Below are positions 38,595 to 47,586 of a stretch of DNA of 64,000 nucleotides, piece by piece. Each line of letters opens with the position of its first letter. Position 1 is the stretch's first letter. The position numbers were made by a program, and so were the translations under genes. Source of the stretch: a virus; the IMG/VR virus record IMGVR_UViG_3300042345_000884, positions 1 through 64,000 of that record, one strand, 5' to 3'. Under the pieces are notes generated by a model. It saw only the letters and a list, made by a program, of their open reading frames with translations, ran no database searches and was not told the origin of the DNA.

Positions 38595-39300
38595 AGCGAT
38601 TGTTAGATTGTAGATAGATTGTAGATAACCCTATCTACAATCGAAACCTTTACCCTATAAAGGTTCTAGACTTTGTTGATATTGTCAATGCCTTACAGAG
38701 GAAAAAAGAAAATAGAGTAAAAGATGTACGGCAAGGTCAGCAATAAAAGTGATTAAACGCAAAACTGACTCTATTGACAAAATGCCGTATTTTTGGCTAA
38801 TCAGGGAATTTTAGAGGTGAAAAGTGATTCATCGCTAATTTGTTCTTTTTGTGTTTGATTGTAAATAGGCTTATCTACAATTGAAAGCCTTACCCTGATT
38901 AGATTTTAGACTTTGTAGATATTGTCGATGTCTTATAGGGAGGAGAGAAAGATAAAGAAACCAAACAAGGTTAGCAATAAAAAGAAACAGTCTCAACAGT
39001 AAAGCAAAAAACACACACGGGGTAATCATTAACAATATCTACAAAGAAGTAAAAAAAGGATGAAAGTATTGATATATATAGCTTTCATCTTTTCTGTCTT
39101 TGTAAATACCCTTATTTACAATCTATTTACAAACTAACAATCTAATTAATCGAAGTCAGCAATAAGAACACAAAAAAACCCGACACGGGGATAAGGCTAA
39201 CAATATAAACAAAGTCTGAAATCTATATATATCAAGGATTCCATTGTTAATATTTCTATCTACAATCTATCTACAATCTATTTACAGACTAACAAACTAG
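38595..39300. repeat. cluster of four imperfect palindromic units rich in ATCTACAA/TTGTAGAT; ori-like
   Basis: non-coding; units at ~38600-38700, 38855-38945, 39010-39145 and 39175-39300. Confidence 0.75.
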
Positions 39301-39302
39301 CC

Positions 39303-39381
39303 AAGCTCCGAACATTACCCACTAAGCTCCGAACATTAGGCTGTTAAGCTCCGAACATTACCCACTAAGCTCCGAACATTA
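39303..39381 (+). repeat. 4x AAGCTCCGAACATTA, iteron-like
   Basis: starts at 39303, 39324, 39346, 39367 (period 21-22 bp). Confidence 0.9.
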
Positions 39382-39387
39382 GATAAT

Positions 39388-39417
39388 AAAAACCCCTGTA
39401 GTCCCTACAGGGGGTTA
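39388..39417 (-). terminator. terminator of the antirepressor-like gene
   Basis: AACCCCTGTAG-TCC-CTACAGGGGGTT with A-tract. Confidence 0.7.
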
Positions 39418-39477
39418 GTTGTATCAGTTATGCAACAGTTATCGCTTTTATCTTAGCAGTAAACAAATGCTTTTCAC

Positions 39478-40002
39478 CTAATATCCCCCCATTAACTCGA
39501 TTTGTTCTTCTAGGGTAGAGTTCTCGCTCTCAAGCTTTTTGATTTGCTCTTTTAAGTCAAGTATCTCGTCAATATAGTCAACTTCTTTGTAGTCCAATTT
39601 TTCGATTTTGGCAGTTAATTCAGCAATTTGGCTATCAAGTCGCTTGTTAGTCTCAATTGCCTCACTTTTGACCTGAAAACCCGCTAATGTGTGAAGGAAT
39701 AAGCGAACGCCCAACTGCATTACTTTTAGGGCTAGTTCGTGATTGTCTTTAATTAGCCACTGGCAGATTAAATTTTCTGGTATCAATGCAACGGTTCGTA
39801 ACCCACTTGCTGTCTCGATTTGAGCCTGTTCAAGACCTTTTTCACGCAAACCACTCATAGTCAAACGGCGAGAAACAGTCGAAGGTATTTTCCCTGACAT
39901 CCGGGCATATCCACTAATTGAGGCAAAGCTCTCACCGGTCTGGGTATCGATGATTAACTCGATACCATCGTGATCAAAACGTTGTAAACTAGAAACAGCC
40001 AT
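39478..40002 (-). CDS. antirepressor-like DNA-binding protein with coiled coil
   Basis: DGIELIIDTQTGESFASISGYARMSG N-domain. Confidence 0.6.
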   Translation of the reverse strand: MAVSSLQRFDHDGIELIIDTQTGESFASISGYARMSGKIPSTVSRRLTMSGLREKGLEQAQIETASGLRTVALIPENLICQWLIKDNHELALKVMQLGVRLFLHTLAGFQVKSEAIETNKRLDSQIAELTAKIEKLDYKEVDYIDEILDLKEQIKKLESENSTLEEQIELMGGY

Positions 40003-40078
40003 AATGACTCCTGATTAGTCTTATTGGTTAGTCCCCCGTTAACGCGGGGGCATACCAATATTATACCGTATTTAAAAT

Positions 40079-40318
40079 ATGCCTGACAAATTTGACCGAT
40101 GTGGTGGGTATTCAGCAAAAATTGACCGATTACCAGGTATTCCTCCTGATTTCAAGTCGAATGTCGTCAAACCACCACAATCCAGGGTTATTGTTTTACT
40201 GAAAACCGGAGAAGTCACAGGAATTCCCGATGATCAGCTAGAGTCTTTCCTTGAGGAAAACCAAGATTTAATTCAAGATCGACAATCACCCAGAAAAAGA
40301 CCGATTAGAAAACTTTAA
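40079..40318 (+). CDS. hypothetical protein
   Basis: ORF. Confidence 0.5.
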   Translation: MPDKFDRCGGYSAKIDRLPGIPPDFKSNVVKPPQSRVIVLLKTGEVTGIPDDQLESFLEENQDLIQDRQSPRKRPIRKL

Positions 40319-40322
40319 AGCA

Positions 40323-40616
40323 ATGACAAACACAGAAATCCTTGTTTTGCGGACTCTTTACAATAAAGAATTGTCGGGATTACAGACAATTCAATCTATA
40401 GCTGATATTAAAGGTAAAAGCCTTGATATTGGCTCATTTTACCCTGTATTCCAAAAGCTAGAGGAAAAAGAACTTATTAAATCCCGATGGGGAACTGAAC
40501 GATCTAGCGATAGAGGCGGTGCTAGAAAAAGATACTATCGGCTCACCCGATCAGGAGAAAAAGCCCTTGCTGATATACAAGGATTTAATAATTCTCTTAA
40601 CTGGGATTTTGTTTAA
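40323..40616 (+). CDS. PadR-family regulator
   Basis: GSFYPVFQKLEEKELIKSRW...RKRYYRLT.SG. Confidence 0.85.
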   Translation: MTNTEILVLRTLYNKELSGLQTIQSIADIKGKSLDIGSFYPVFQKLEEKELIKSRWGTERSSDRGGARKRYYRLTRSGEKALADIQGFNNSLNWDFV

Positions 40617-40620
40617 TCAG

Positions 40621-40691
40621 TGTCGGGGATGGGAATTGAACCCACTGTTTCAAGCTTATGAGACTTGCGTGAACCGTTTTACTCCCCCGGC
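40621..40691 (-). tRNA. tRNA with CAT anticodon (Met or Ile2)
   Basis: GCCGGGG/CCCCGAC acceptor (one mismatch), CAAGT-CTCATAA-GCTTG, GTGGG-TTCAATT-CCCAT; no encoded CCA. Confidence 0.85.
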
Positions 40692-40711
40692 TTTATTATT
40701 GTATCACACTT

Positions 40712-40915
40712 TCAATCAATGCGATAAACAATTTCGTTAGGCTGTACTTCATACCTATCACAGATTGCCTGTAAAACTGCTATAGAAGGAAGCTGATCAG
40801 GATTTTGGGACAGTTTGTACCCCGTGGACATTGCGATGCCTGTTTGTTGAATGAATTTATAGACTGTGATCCCTCTTTCTTCCGTAAATTCCTTGACTCT
40901 GTTTTTTAGTACCAT
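40712..40915 (-). CDS. XRE/Cro-like HTH regulator
   Basis: ERGITVYKF...TGIAMSTGYKL...VLQAIC..Y.VQP. Confidence 0.85.
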   Translation of the reverse strand: MVLKNRVKEFTEERGITVYKFIQQTGIAMSTGYKLSQNPDQLPSIAVLQAICDRYEVQPNEIVYRID

Positions 40916-40967
40916 TGTATTAGTTTTGTGTCTCTACAATTTATTATAACTTTTTTTAGAATAATGC

Positions 40968-40999
40968 TTGACAATATTACTGACTTCGCGGTAATATAC
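40968..40999 (+). promoter_or_regulatory. promoter with inverted-repeat operator
   Basis: TTGACA followed by ATATTAC-N10-GTAATAT; divergent from the HTH gene. Confidence 0.55.
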
Positions 41000-41077
41000 A
41001 GATATAGAGAAAGACGACCACCTCCAACTGCAAATTAGTGTGATCGCCTTTCCGTCAACCCTTATCAGGTCTAAGCC

Positions 41078-41524
41078 ATGATATCATCTAATTCTGCTTC
41101 TGTCAAAATCCCCATTATGTCCGGCAATTTTACTATGGTTGCCAAAGATCAAAAACATCGCGTATCCCTTGAAGTGTGGGGAAAAGGTCAGGTAACAACC
41201 CTCCGAGTCACTTGCCAGCAGACTGGTAAAGAATGGTGGTTTGATGCACTCAACGGTAAATTGTGGCGCGGATTCGATCCTGATAAAAAAATCCCCAACT
41301 GCGAATTACCCGCAATCGAATTTATTACACCTGCGCGTCCTGCTCCTTCTCAATTACCTATTTCTTCTCGTAAATACGAAGATTGGGTAATGGTGGGCGG
41401 ATGCCCATATCTGGTTCCTTCAAACGAACCCGACGACGATTTTATCTATGACGATGACGAACCGTCGGATTTAAGTCGGTACAGTGAGCCAGCAACCGAC
41501 CCGATGACATGGCAAGAGTTTTAA
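41078..41524 (+). CDS. hypothetical protein
   Basis: ORF with acidic tail. Confidence 0.65.
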   Translation: MISSNSASVKIPIMSGNFTMVAKDQKHRVSLEVWGKGQVTTLRVTCQQTGKEWWFDALNGKLWRGFDPDKKIPNCELPAIEFITPARPAPSQLPISSRKYEDWVMVGGCPYLVPSNEPDDDFIYDDDEPSDLSRYSEPATDPMTWQEF

Positions 41525-41581
41525 AGTTATCAGTTATCAGTTGTCAGTTATCAGTTAGGCCGCTTTTCTAAAAGGAGAAAA

Positions 41582-41773
41582 ATGAACACTCGAATTGTCA
41601 CAATTACGAAGGTTTCCAAAAATAGTATCACCCATAATGAAGGCTTGTCTGCTAGTCCGAAATGGTTCCCCGGCGCAAAGGTAGGACAGCAGTGGCGTCT
41701 TACAACAGATGATGATGGCATGTATCCGCTAGGTGAAATCAAAGAAGCCGTGCTAATCAAGGAAGCGGACTAA
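41582..41773 (+). CDS. hypothetical protein
   Basis: AGGAG RBS. Confidence 0.65.
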   Translation: MNTRIVTITKVSKNSITHNEGLSASPKWFPGAKVGQQWRLTTDDDGMYPLGEIKEAVLIKEAD

Positions 41774-41850
41774 CAAAGCGTGGAGCGGACGGGTGAAACT
41801 TTTCCCGTTATATCGGTTTTATCTGTCCGCCGCTCACGCAAGCCGTTATC

Positions 41851-41913
41851 AGTACAAACGTTTAGAAATAATTCTCCCAAATACTTGACTTTATTGGGAG
41901 AATATCGTAAGAT
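41851..41913 (+). promoter_or_regulatory. repeated promoter P1 (LexA-like box + inverted-repeat operator + sigma70)
   Basis: AGTACAAACGTTT...TTCTCCCAA-atacTTGACTtta-TTGGGAGAA...TAAGAT. Confidence 0.8.
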
Positions 41914-41965
41914 GAGTCTAGACAAGTAAAACAAGGAGATTAAGGAGATTAAGGAGATTAAGGTA

Positions 41966-42340
41966 ATGATTATTAACGCAACCCCCCATGTAATAACAAT
42001 AGTTTCCAAAAAAGGAGTCGAGCAAGACTCCAAAAGACAGTTTCTTGCTGAAACCGTCGAAGTTGTCAAAGAAATCCCCCCGTCAGGGGTTCTTCCCCGT
42101 GTTTCCATGAGCAATTCCCCCGCAGGGGAAATTAACGGGATTCCTATTGAATCCGTCATTTATGGGGAGATCGAGGGACTCCCTGAGTATCAGAAGGATG
42201 TTTACTACATCGTCTCTGGATTAGTGGCTGCCGCGGCCGCTAAAGTAGGTCGTGTGGACTGCCTTGCTCCTGGCGCATTAGTCCGGGACAAAAATAACCC
42301 TGGGGTTATTTTAGGTTGTCTGTTTTTACAAAGACCTTAA
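41966..42340 (+). CDS. NxTPH-family protein, candidate ring nuclease
   Basis: INATPH, PSG..PRV, GLP...YYIVS, R.D.LAP...VRD...ILGC. Confidence 0.6.
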   Translation: MIINATPHVITIVSKKGVEQDSKRQFLAETVEVVKEIPPSGVLPRVSMSNSPAGEINGIPIESVIYGEIEGLPEYQKDVYYIVSGLVAAAAAKVGRVDCLAPGALVRDKNNPGVILGCLFLQRP

Positions 42341-42393
42341 ATTGTCAGCATAGTTATCAGTTATCAGCTAACAACTTATTTAGGAGTAAAAAA

Positions 42394-42639
42394 ATGAAGG
42401 GTATTCGCATTGAAGGTATCTCTTTAAACGTAGGTAAAATCACGCTTTTTGTTAAACAAAAGCACATAATGACAGTTTTGACTGCTTATGAAAATGTATT
42501 GCCTTGTTCAGCATTTGAAAGCCTTGAACAATACTATGTAATGTTCTATCCTGATTTAAATCTGCCTCCGATTATTACGACATCTGAGTTGTCACCAGAC
42601 ATAAAGGAATGGATTTATACTGTTCTTAATACCTACTAA
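42394..42639 (+). CDS. hypothetical protein
   Basis: AGGAG RBS; flanked by identical ~40-bp junctions. Confidence 0.65.
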   Translation: MKGIRIEGISLNVGKITLFVKQKHIMTVLTAYENVLPCSAFESLEQYYVMFYPDLNLPPIITTSELSPDIKEWIYTVLNTY

Positions 42640-42690
42640 TAGATAGTGGTCATCAGTTATCAGCTAACAACTTATTTAGGAGTAAAAAAA

Positions 42691-43029
42691 ATGAACAAAC
42701 TAGAAAATCTTAGTAATTTTCATGGCACGGAAAATTACTATACTAATCCCCTTTACCCGTTTGAGTACACCGACGGTATTAAATACTTAGTAGAAAATGG
42801 GGGAGGCTATTGGATACTTGATGCAATTGCGTCATGGCAAAAAGAACTTGATTCAAGCCAGATTCAGTTCTGGATGCTAATAGTTAACTCCGATAAATCC
42901 GCAGTCCTTACCTGCGAACAAGACAATGAATCTGCCATAAGTCAGCAGATCCCATTTACCGATTTTCCTCTTTCAGAGGTCACGCTTTGGTTGTGTGACG
43001 GTGTTTTATTGCTATCCTCTGAGTATTAG
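42691..43029 (+). CDS. DUF6876-like protein
   Basis: FHGTENYY...YTDGIKYL....GYWILDAIAS...IPFTDFP...LLLSSEY. Confidence 0.75.
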   Translation: MNKLENLSNFHGTENYYTNPLYPFEYTDGIKYLVENGGGYWILDAIASWQKELDSSQIQFWMLIVNSDKSAVLTCEQDNESAISQQIPFTDFPLSEVTLWLCDGVLLLSSEY

Positions 43030-43080
43030 TTTCAGTTATCAGTTATCAGTTATCAGTAAAAATAACTTAGGAGTAAAACA

Positions 43081-43578
43081 ATGACAATGATAGACATAGG
43101 ACAATTCCCTAAAATTAACTCTGCACCGCAAGAGTTCGAGATAACCTGGTACAAAACAAAGTTAATTTATCCTTTTGAATACTCAGAAGGAATCCATTAT
43201 TTTATCCAAAAAAAACAGGGATGGATAGTTGATGAAATCGCTAAATGGGTAAAAGAAACTCATTTTAAGGAAGACTTTCCCTCAGTTATTGACTGGAAGT
43301 TAAAAGTAACCTATCAAAGCTTTAGAGATCGTATTCCGTGGGAGAATCCAAATCATTCATCTATATTAACGTGCAAAAATCGCCAAAATGCCACGTTTAA
43401 ATTTGCATACATGACAGTATTTCCAAATACTAATATTGAGTTATATTACGACAGTGATCGTATAGATGAAGTTGACTTTTGTTTATTTGATATAGCCGAC
43501 CCTTCTAAAACGGAATTAATGCTTGAAGAAGAATGGGTGTATTTACTTGGCGCCGCATCTTTCTTATTTGGTAGGTAA
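43081..43578 (+). CDS. divergent paralogue of 42691
   Basis: IYPFEYSEGIHYF....GWIVDEIA. Confidence 0.65.
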   Translation: MTMIDIGQFPKINSAPQEFEITWYKTKLIYPFEYSEGIHYFIQKKQGWIVDEIAKWVKETHFKEDFPSVIDWKLKVTYQSFRDRIPWENPNHSSILTCKNRQNATFKFAYMTVFPNTNIELYYDSDRIDEVDFCLFDIADPSKTELMLEEEWVYLLGAASFLFGR

Positions 43579-43597
43579 TCAAATGAGGAGTAAAACA

Positions 43598-44014
43598 ATG
43601 GAAGAATACATAGAAGAAATCGAAGAAACAATCGAAGAAGAAATTGAAGAAGATGAAGAAACAATCGAAGAAGAAATTGAAGAATGTATGTCTCCAAGCC
43701 ATCGTCATTTTTGGCTTTGCTGGTATCAATTATCTCTTCTAGAGAAAAAGGTCTGTTTTTATTTTCTTTGTGGGTTTGATAACAAAGAAATTGCTAAAAA
43801 ACTTTTACTAAAAACTGAAATAGTAAATGATTATACAACGGCAATTTTAAAAAAATTTAATATTTCGACTCAACCTAAGTTTATGTTCTTTTTCTATCAG
43901 CATACGGGATGGGATATAGCCAAAGATATGATTGACGATGACGAAGAAGAACAATGCGCTTTATGGGGTGTTCAAAAATGTCTAATTCCGCCTGGAATAT
44001 GGAAAAATATGTAG
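43598..44014 (+). CDS. LuxR-type HTH protein with acidic N-terminal repeat
   Basis: LSLLEKKV...CGFDNKEIAKKL....EIVNDY...ILKKF. Confidence 0.7.
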   Translation: MEEYIEEIEETIEEEIEEDEETIEEEIEECMSPSHRHFWLCWYQLSLLEKKVCFYFLCGFDNKEIAKKLLLKTEIVNDYTTAILKKFNISTQPKFMFFFYQHTGWDIAKDMIDDDEEEQCALWGVQKCLIPPGIWKNM

Positions 44015-44028
44015 TTTAACGAAAATCT

Positions 44029-44307
44029 ATGACTAATACTATTGAGAATAAATATATGCCAGATTTTATCTCTCCACCAGGAGAAACCCTTGCCGAAATC
44101 CTAAAAGAAAGAAAAATAACTAGGGCTGAATTTGCTAATCGAATGGGGTTACATAAAAAAACTATCAATCAACTAATAAAAGGTAAAGCAGGAATTACTA
44201 TTCGTATTGCTTACAAAATGGGACTAGCTTTAGGCGTACCTACTGCTCATTTTTGGATAGAGCGCGAAAGACTTTACCGAGAATCTCTAGCAAATCAAAT
44301 CGATTAG
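44029..44307 (+). CDS. HigA-like XRE antitoxin (orphan)
   Basis: SPPGETLAEIL..RKITRAEFANRMG...TINQLIKGKA.IT...A.K...ALG....FW. Confidence 0.8.
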   Translation: MTNTIENKYMPDFISPPGETLAEILKERKITRAEFANRMGLHKKTINQLIKGKAGITIRIAYKMGLALGVPTAHFWIERERLYRESLANQID

Positions 44308-44336
44308 GAAATTTTTACAATTATTAACGAGGATTT

Positions 44337-44543
44337 ATGAGCCTGTACCTAATTAAAGATTCAGTCACATCGTTTAGTCTTCTTATCGCAACAAAAGAAT
44401 CAGAATCAGAATTAAAAGCAGAAACAGAAGCTATTTGGTATTGGAACAAATATTTTGGGAGTAAAAACAAGAATCCAATCGAAATAGAACGTGTCAATAC
44501 TCCTGGTATAGTTTGGCATTGTGGACGGACTACTAGCGACTAA
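44337..44543 (+). CDS. hypothetical protein
   Basis: GAGG RBS. Confidence 0.55.
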   Translation: MSLYLIKDSVTSFSLLIATKESESELKAETEAIWYWNKYFGSKNKNPIEIERVNTPGIVWHCGRTTSD

Positions 44544-46185
44544 AACCGACCCTAAACCGATTGAGGGGAACAGTATCAATAATCGTGCTAATAACTTCCT
44601 CATGTCCCTGAAATTCATTTTCAAGAGAATAAAAAGCCCCCGATAGACTATCCACGATGTCATTAGTCGGGGGTGTTTTTTTGCTACCATCAAAGCCCTG
44701 ACAAGCATTTAGGAACCTAGTATTCCATGTCCCATCTCTTAAAATAAAGATTTGTCCTCGACTAGCTGCTGTTGCCACGGGTAAAGCCCTAGTAAGTTTA
44801 TCCCCTTGAGGTGCTATCGCCTTAATATCATGGTTCGGGTGATTTTCTCTGATAACATTAGTGATCGTATTCTCAACAAATTTACCACTCGATCCCCCTT
44901 CCTGTTCCCACCTTACAGCTACGGTTCTCCCGTCTAATTCAGCAGTATTTTTAAGCATTAATTCCACTTCCCCGACCTTTTTCTGTTCACAGATATTGTC
45001 AGCAATTACATAAGCAAATTCCTTGATTTCAGTTAAATCTGGCAGTGTATTCTTAATTCTTTGGTATTTATAAACAAGAGTCCCACTGGTGTAACAATGG
45101 TAGTTTTCGGCATTTTCTTTAGCCGTTGCCGCTAAATCCCAGAATCTCACTTTACCTATTAACTTCCAATCATTGGGTACTTTATCGAAAATCTCAAACC
45201 AAGTCCGATCAAATACCGTACCAGCTTCATATTTAACTTTCCAGTTACCTCTGAGAAGTCTTTCACGTTCGATAGGATGTAAAGCGTAAAGGTTAGCCAA
45301 ATAGGTAGGGTTAACCCTGATTAAAGCTGGATTATCAAAAATCGTAGCAGGAATAAAAGTAAAACTTTTAATCAGCTTATCTGGTGTAATATTAGTATCT
45401 ATATTTGATAAAAACTTTTCTCTTTTATCTTTAGGAATAAGGTCAAAAAGTTCATCTTTAAGACTAAATTTATCAATTAATTCTTCTTTAGTATCAGCCC
45501 AGTGGACTGTGTTTTCTCGTCTAATAAAATATCGAACTATTCCCCCTCTTTCTTCAGTAGCGTACCCAGTTTTAGGATCAATCCACCAAGAGATAAAATT
45601 AGCTACCCATGAGTCAGCATCGGGGTTACAGGTTGCCCTAACGGCTGGTTTAATGCCTGATACCGAACGGTTTCTAGAAAGAAGGTAAAAAAACTGCTCT
45701 TCTGTAAAGTGAGTTAATTCGTCAAAACCTATCCTCGTAATTTGTCCGCCCTGGTAAACATAGACAGTTTTTTCGTATTGTAAATGCCTAAAAGATATTT
45801 TTGATCCGAGTGGAAATCGCCACCCTGGAGGCTTTTCAATAAAATTACCTTTCACTGCTTGATAAATTTTTTGGCTTTCATCTATTAGTCCACCTGCTTG
45901 AGTAAATTCAGGATACGTCCGACGAAATATGACAGCCCGATAGTCAGGATTACTAATAAATTCTTGACGGGCAAAATCAATTAATAACCCGGCGCTCTTG
46001 CCACTTCCTGCGCCTCCGCCATAGAAGATTACATCAGCATCAATTTCCCCAAATAAAGCTTGTTTTCCCTCTTGTAATTGAGGAAAAACAATTTCTTCTT
46101 TGGTATTAACAAGTCGATATTTTTCGGTCGCTGTTTTTATCTTAGATAGATTTTTTAATGATAATTTACTCGCTCTCATCATCAT
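44533..46185 (-). CDS. terL: terminase large subunit
   Basis: PQ...Q, GGGAGSGKS, FDELT, TCNP, WDLAAT, NDIVDSLS. Confidence 0.92.
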   Translation of the reverse strand: MMMRASKLSLKNLSKIKTATEKYRLVNTKEEIVFPQLQEGKQALFGEIDADVIFYGGGAGSGKSAGLLIDFARQEFISNPDYRAVIFRRTYPEFTQAGGLIDESQKIYQAVKGNFIEKPPGWRFPLGSKISFRHLQYEKTVYVYQGGQITRIGFDELTHFTEEQFFYLLSRNRSVSGIKPAVRATCNPDADSWVANFISWWIDPKTGYATEERGGIVRYFIRRENTVHWADTKEELIDKFSLKDELFDLIPKDKREKFLSNIDTNITPDKLIKSFTFIPATIFDNPALIRVNPTYLANLYALHPIERERLLRGNWKVKYEAGTVFDRTWFEIFDKVPNDWKLIGKVRFWDLAATAKENAENYHCYTSGTLVYKYQRIKNTLPDLTEIKEFAYVIADNICEQKKVGEVELMLKNTAELDGRTVAVRWEQEGGSSGKFVENTITNVIRENHPNHDIKAIAPQGDKLTRALPVATAASRGQIFILRDGTWNTRFLNACQGFDGSKKTPPTNDIVDSLSGAFYSLENEFQGHEEVISTIIDTVPLNRFRVGFSR

Positions 46186-46933
46186 TATTTATCCTAGTGG
46201 GAACCATTACATCATCATCATCAAATTCGGCACTATTACGAATAATCGAGGTTAGTCCGTCATCGGGCCCCTCCGTATCAGAATGTCCTATAAGCTTTCC
46301 GTCAGGGTCAATGACAGCTAATCCGTGCTTTTGAACGATATTAATTGCATACTCAATCGTATCAAAACCTAAAACTTTTTCAAAGGTATCGGTTAACGTT
46401 TTAGCCATAGTCACCGCGTCTCTATGGCTCCAATTCCCGTTAGGTTCAATTGTTATAGCAATTGGTCGTCCCGATTCGTCCACAGAATCTATCCGACGGC
46501 GAGAAATCGGATAATTGGTCATCTGTTCAATTTTTTCAAGGTTTTTTAAAGTAATCTTTAGAGTTCTTTCTCTGACTTCTCGTAAAATACTATCAGTGTA
46601 AGCTTGTTGTTCTTGAATCTTCAAAAGCCAATAGGCTTTCGCTCGCTCTTCCCACCGATAGTTTTTATGGGCTAACTGCCAGTCGTCCGGAACAGTCTTA
46701 GCTCGTTTAAATTTAGTCTTCTCTATCTGTTCCCCAGAAGCTTCCCCGCAGTTACCGTAGGCTCGATTTAAAGTGCGATAGCCTGACGGAATAGGAAGGT
46801 AAAAAATCTGAAATCTTTCAAACCAGTCAGGGGTTTCTAGTTCTTGCTGTTCCCAGATAGGATACTTGGTAAACTCGATTACCTCTTCATGGATAGAATA
46901 AGTGCGTTTTCTGCCTCGATTAGTTATAACCAT
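46166..46933 (-). CDS. terminase small subunit
   Basis: directly upstream of terL; WEQQ..ET...F..Y and W.ERA.AY. Confidence 0.7.
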   Translation of the reverse strand: MVITNRGRKRTYSIHEEVIEFTKYPIWEQQELETPDWFERFQIFYLPIPSGYRTLNRAYGNCGEASGEQIEKTKFKRAKTVPDDWQLAHKNYRWEERAKAYWLLKIQEQQAYTDSILREVRERTLKITLKNLEKIEQMTNYPISRRRIDSVDESGRPIAITIEPNGNWSHRDAVTMAKTLTDTFEKVLGFDTIEYAINIVQKHGLAVIDPDGKLIGHSDTEGPDDGLTSIIRNSAEFDDDDVMVPTRINNDDESE

Positions 46934-46974
46934 TGGTTATTATAGTAGTAGAGTTATTTAATCTTACATCAATC

Positions 46975-47586
46975 ATGACAGATAAATTAGAAATTGAGTA
47001 TCGACGGCTTTGCGATTTAAAACAATTAAAGGGTAATTCCAAAAAACACGCCACTGAAAACACAATAGCTTCAATATTGGAATTGGGATTTAAAGACCCA
47101 ATTGGCTACGATCCGAGCTTAAACGGCGGAAAAGGGGGGATTACTGAGGGTCATGATCGGTGTGCCGCACTATTAGCAATTAAAAAGCGAAAAATAGATC
47201 GTCCTAGAGGTATAGATATTGACAATGATGGGGAGTGGATGGTTCCTATTTTAGTAGGAGTTCACGCTAAAAATGAGGCTCAAGCTACAAAATACTCGAT
47301 TATTCACAATCATTCTACGATTCACGGGGCGGGGCTTGACCTTGCTACAGAATTAAAGCTTTTTGACCCTGACTTACTAATTCATCAAGCTGAATACCTT
47401 GATGAAAAAGGGGAAAATTTAGGAGTAATCGGCGATTTAAATTCAATCCTAGAAGCTTTAAATGCTTCGGATGAAAATTATGATGATTCCCCTGATTTTC
47501 AACCAAGCGAAGAAGAACAACCTCGATTAGATGTCAAAAATCCTACTATTTGTCCTAAATGTGGGCATGAATGGACTAATGGATAA
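46975..47586 (+). CDS. ParB/Srx N-terminal-domain protein
   Basis: NSKKH...SILELGFKDPI...ITEGHDR; C-terminal CPKCGHEW. Confidence 0.75.
   Translation: MTDKLEIEYRRLCDLKQLKGNSKKHATENTIASILELGFKDPIGYDPSLNGGKGGITEGHDRCAALLAIKKRKIDRPRGIDIDNDGEWMVPILVGVHAKNEAQATKYSIIHNHSTIHGAGLDLATELKLFDPDLLIHQAEYLDEKGENLGVIGDLNSILEALNASDENYDDSPDFQPSEEEQPRLDVKNPTICPKCGHEWTNG

Noticed and set aside
39303-39381. CRISPR mini-array
   Set aside because: Spacers are only 6-7 bp and two are identical; no cas genes in the window
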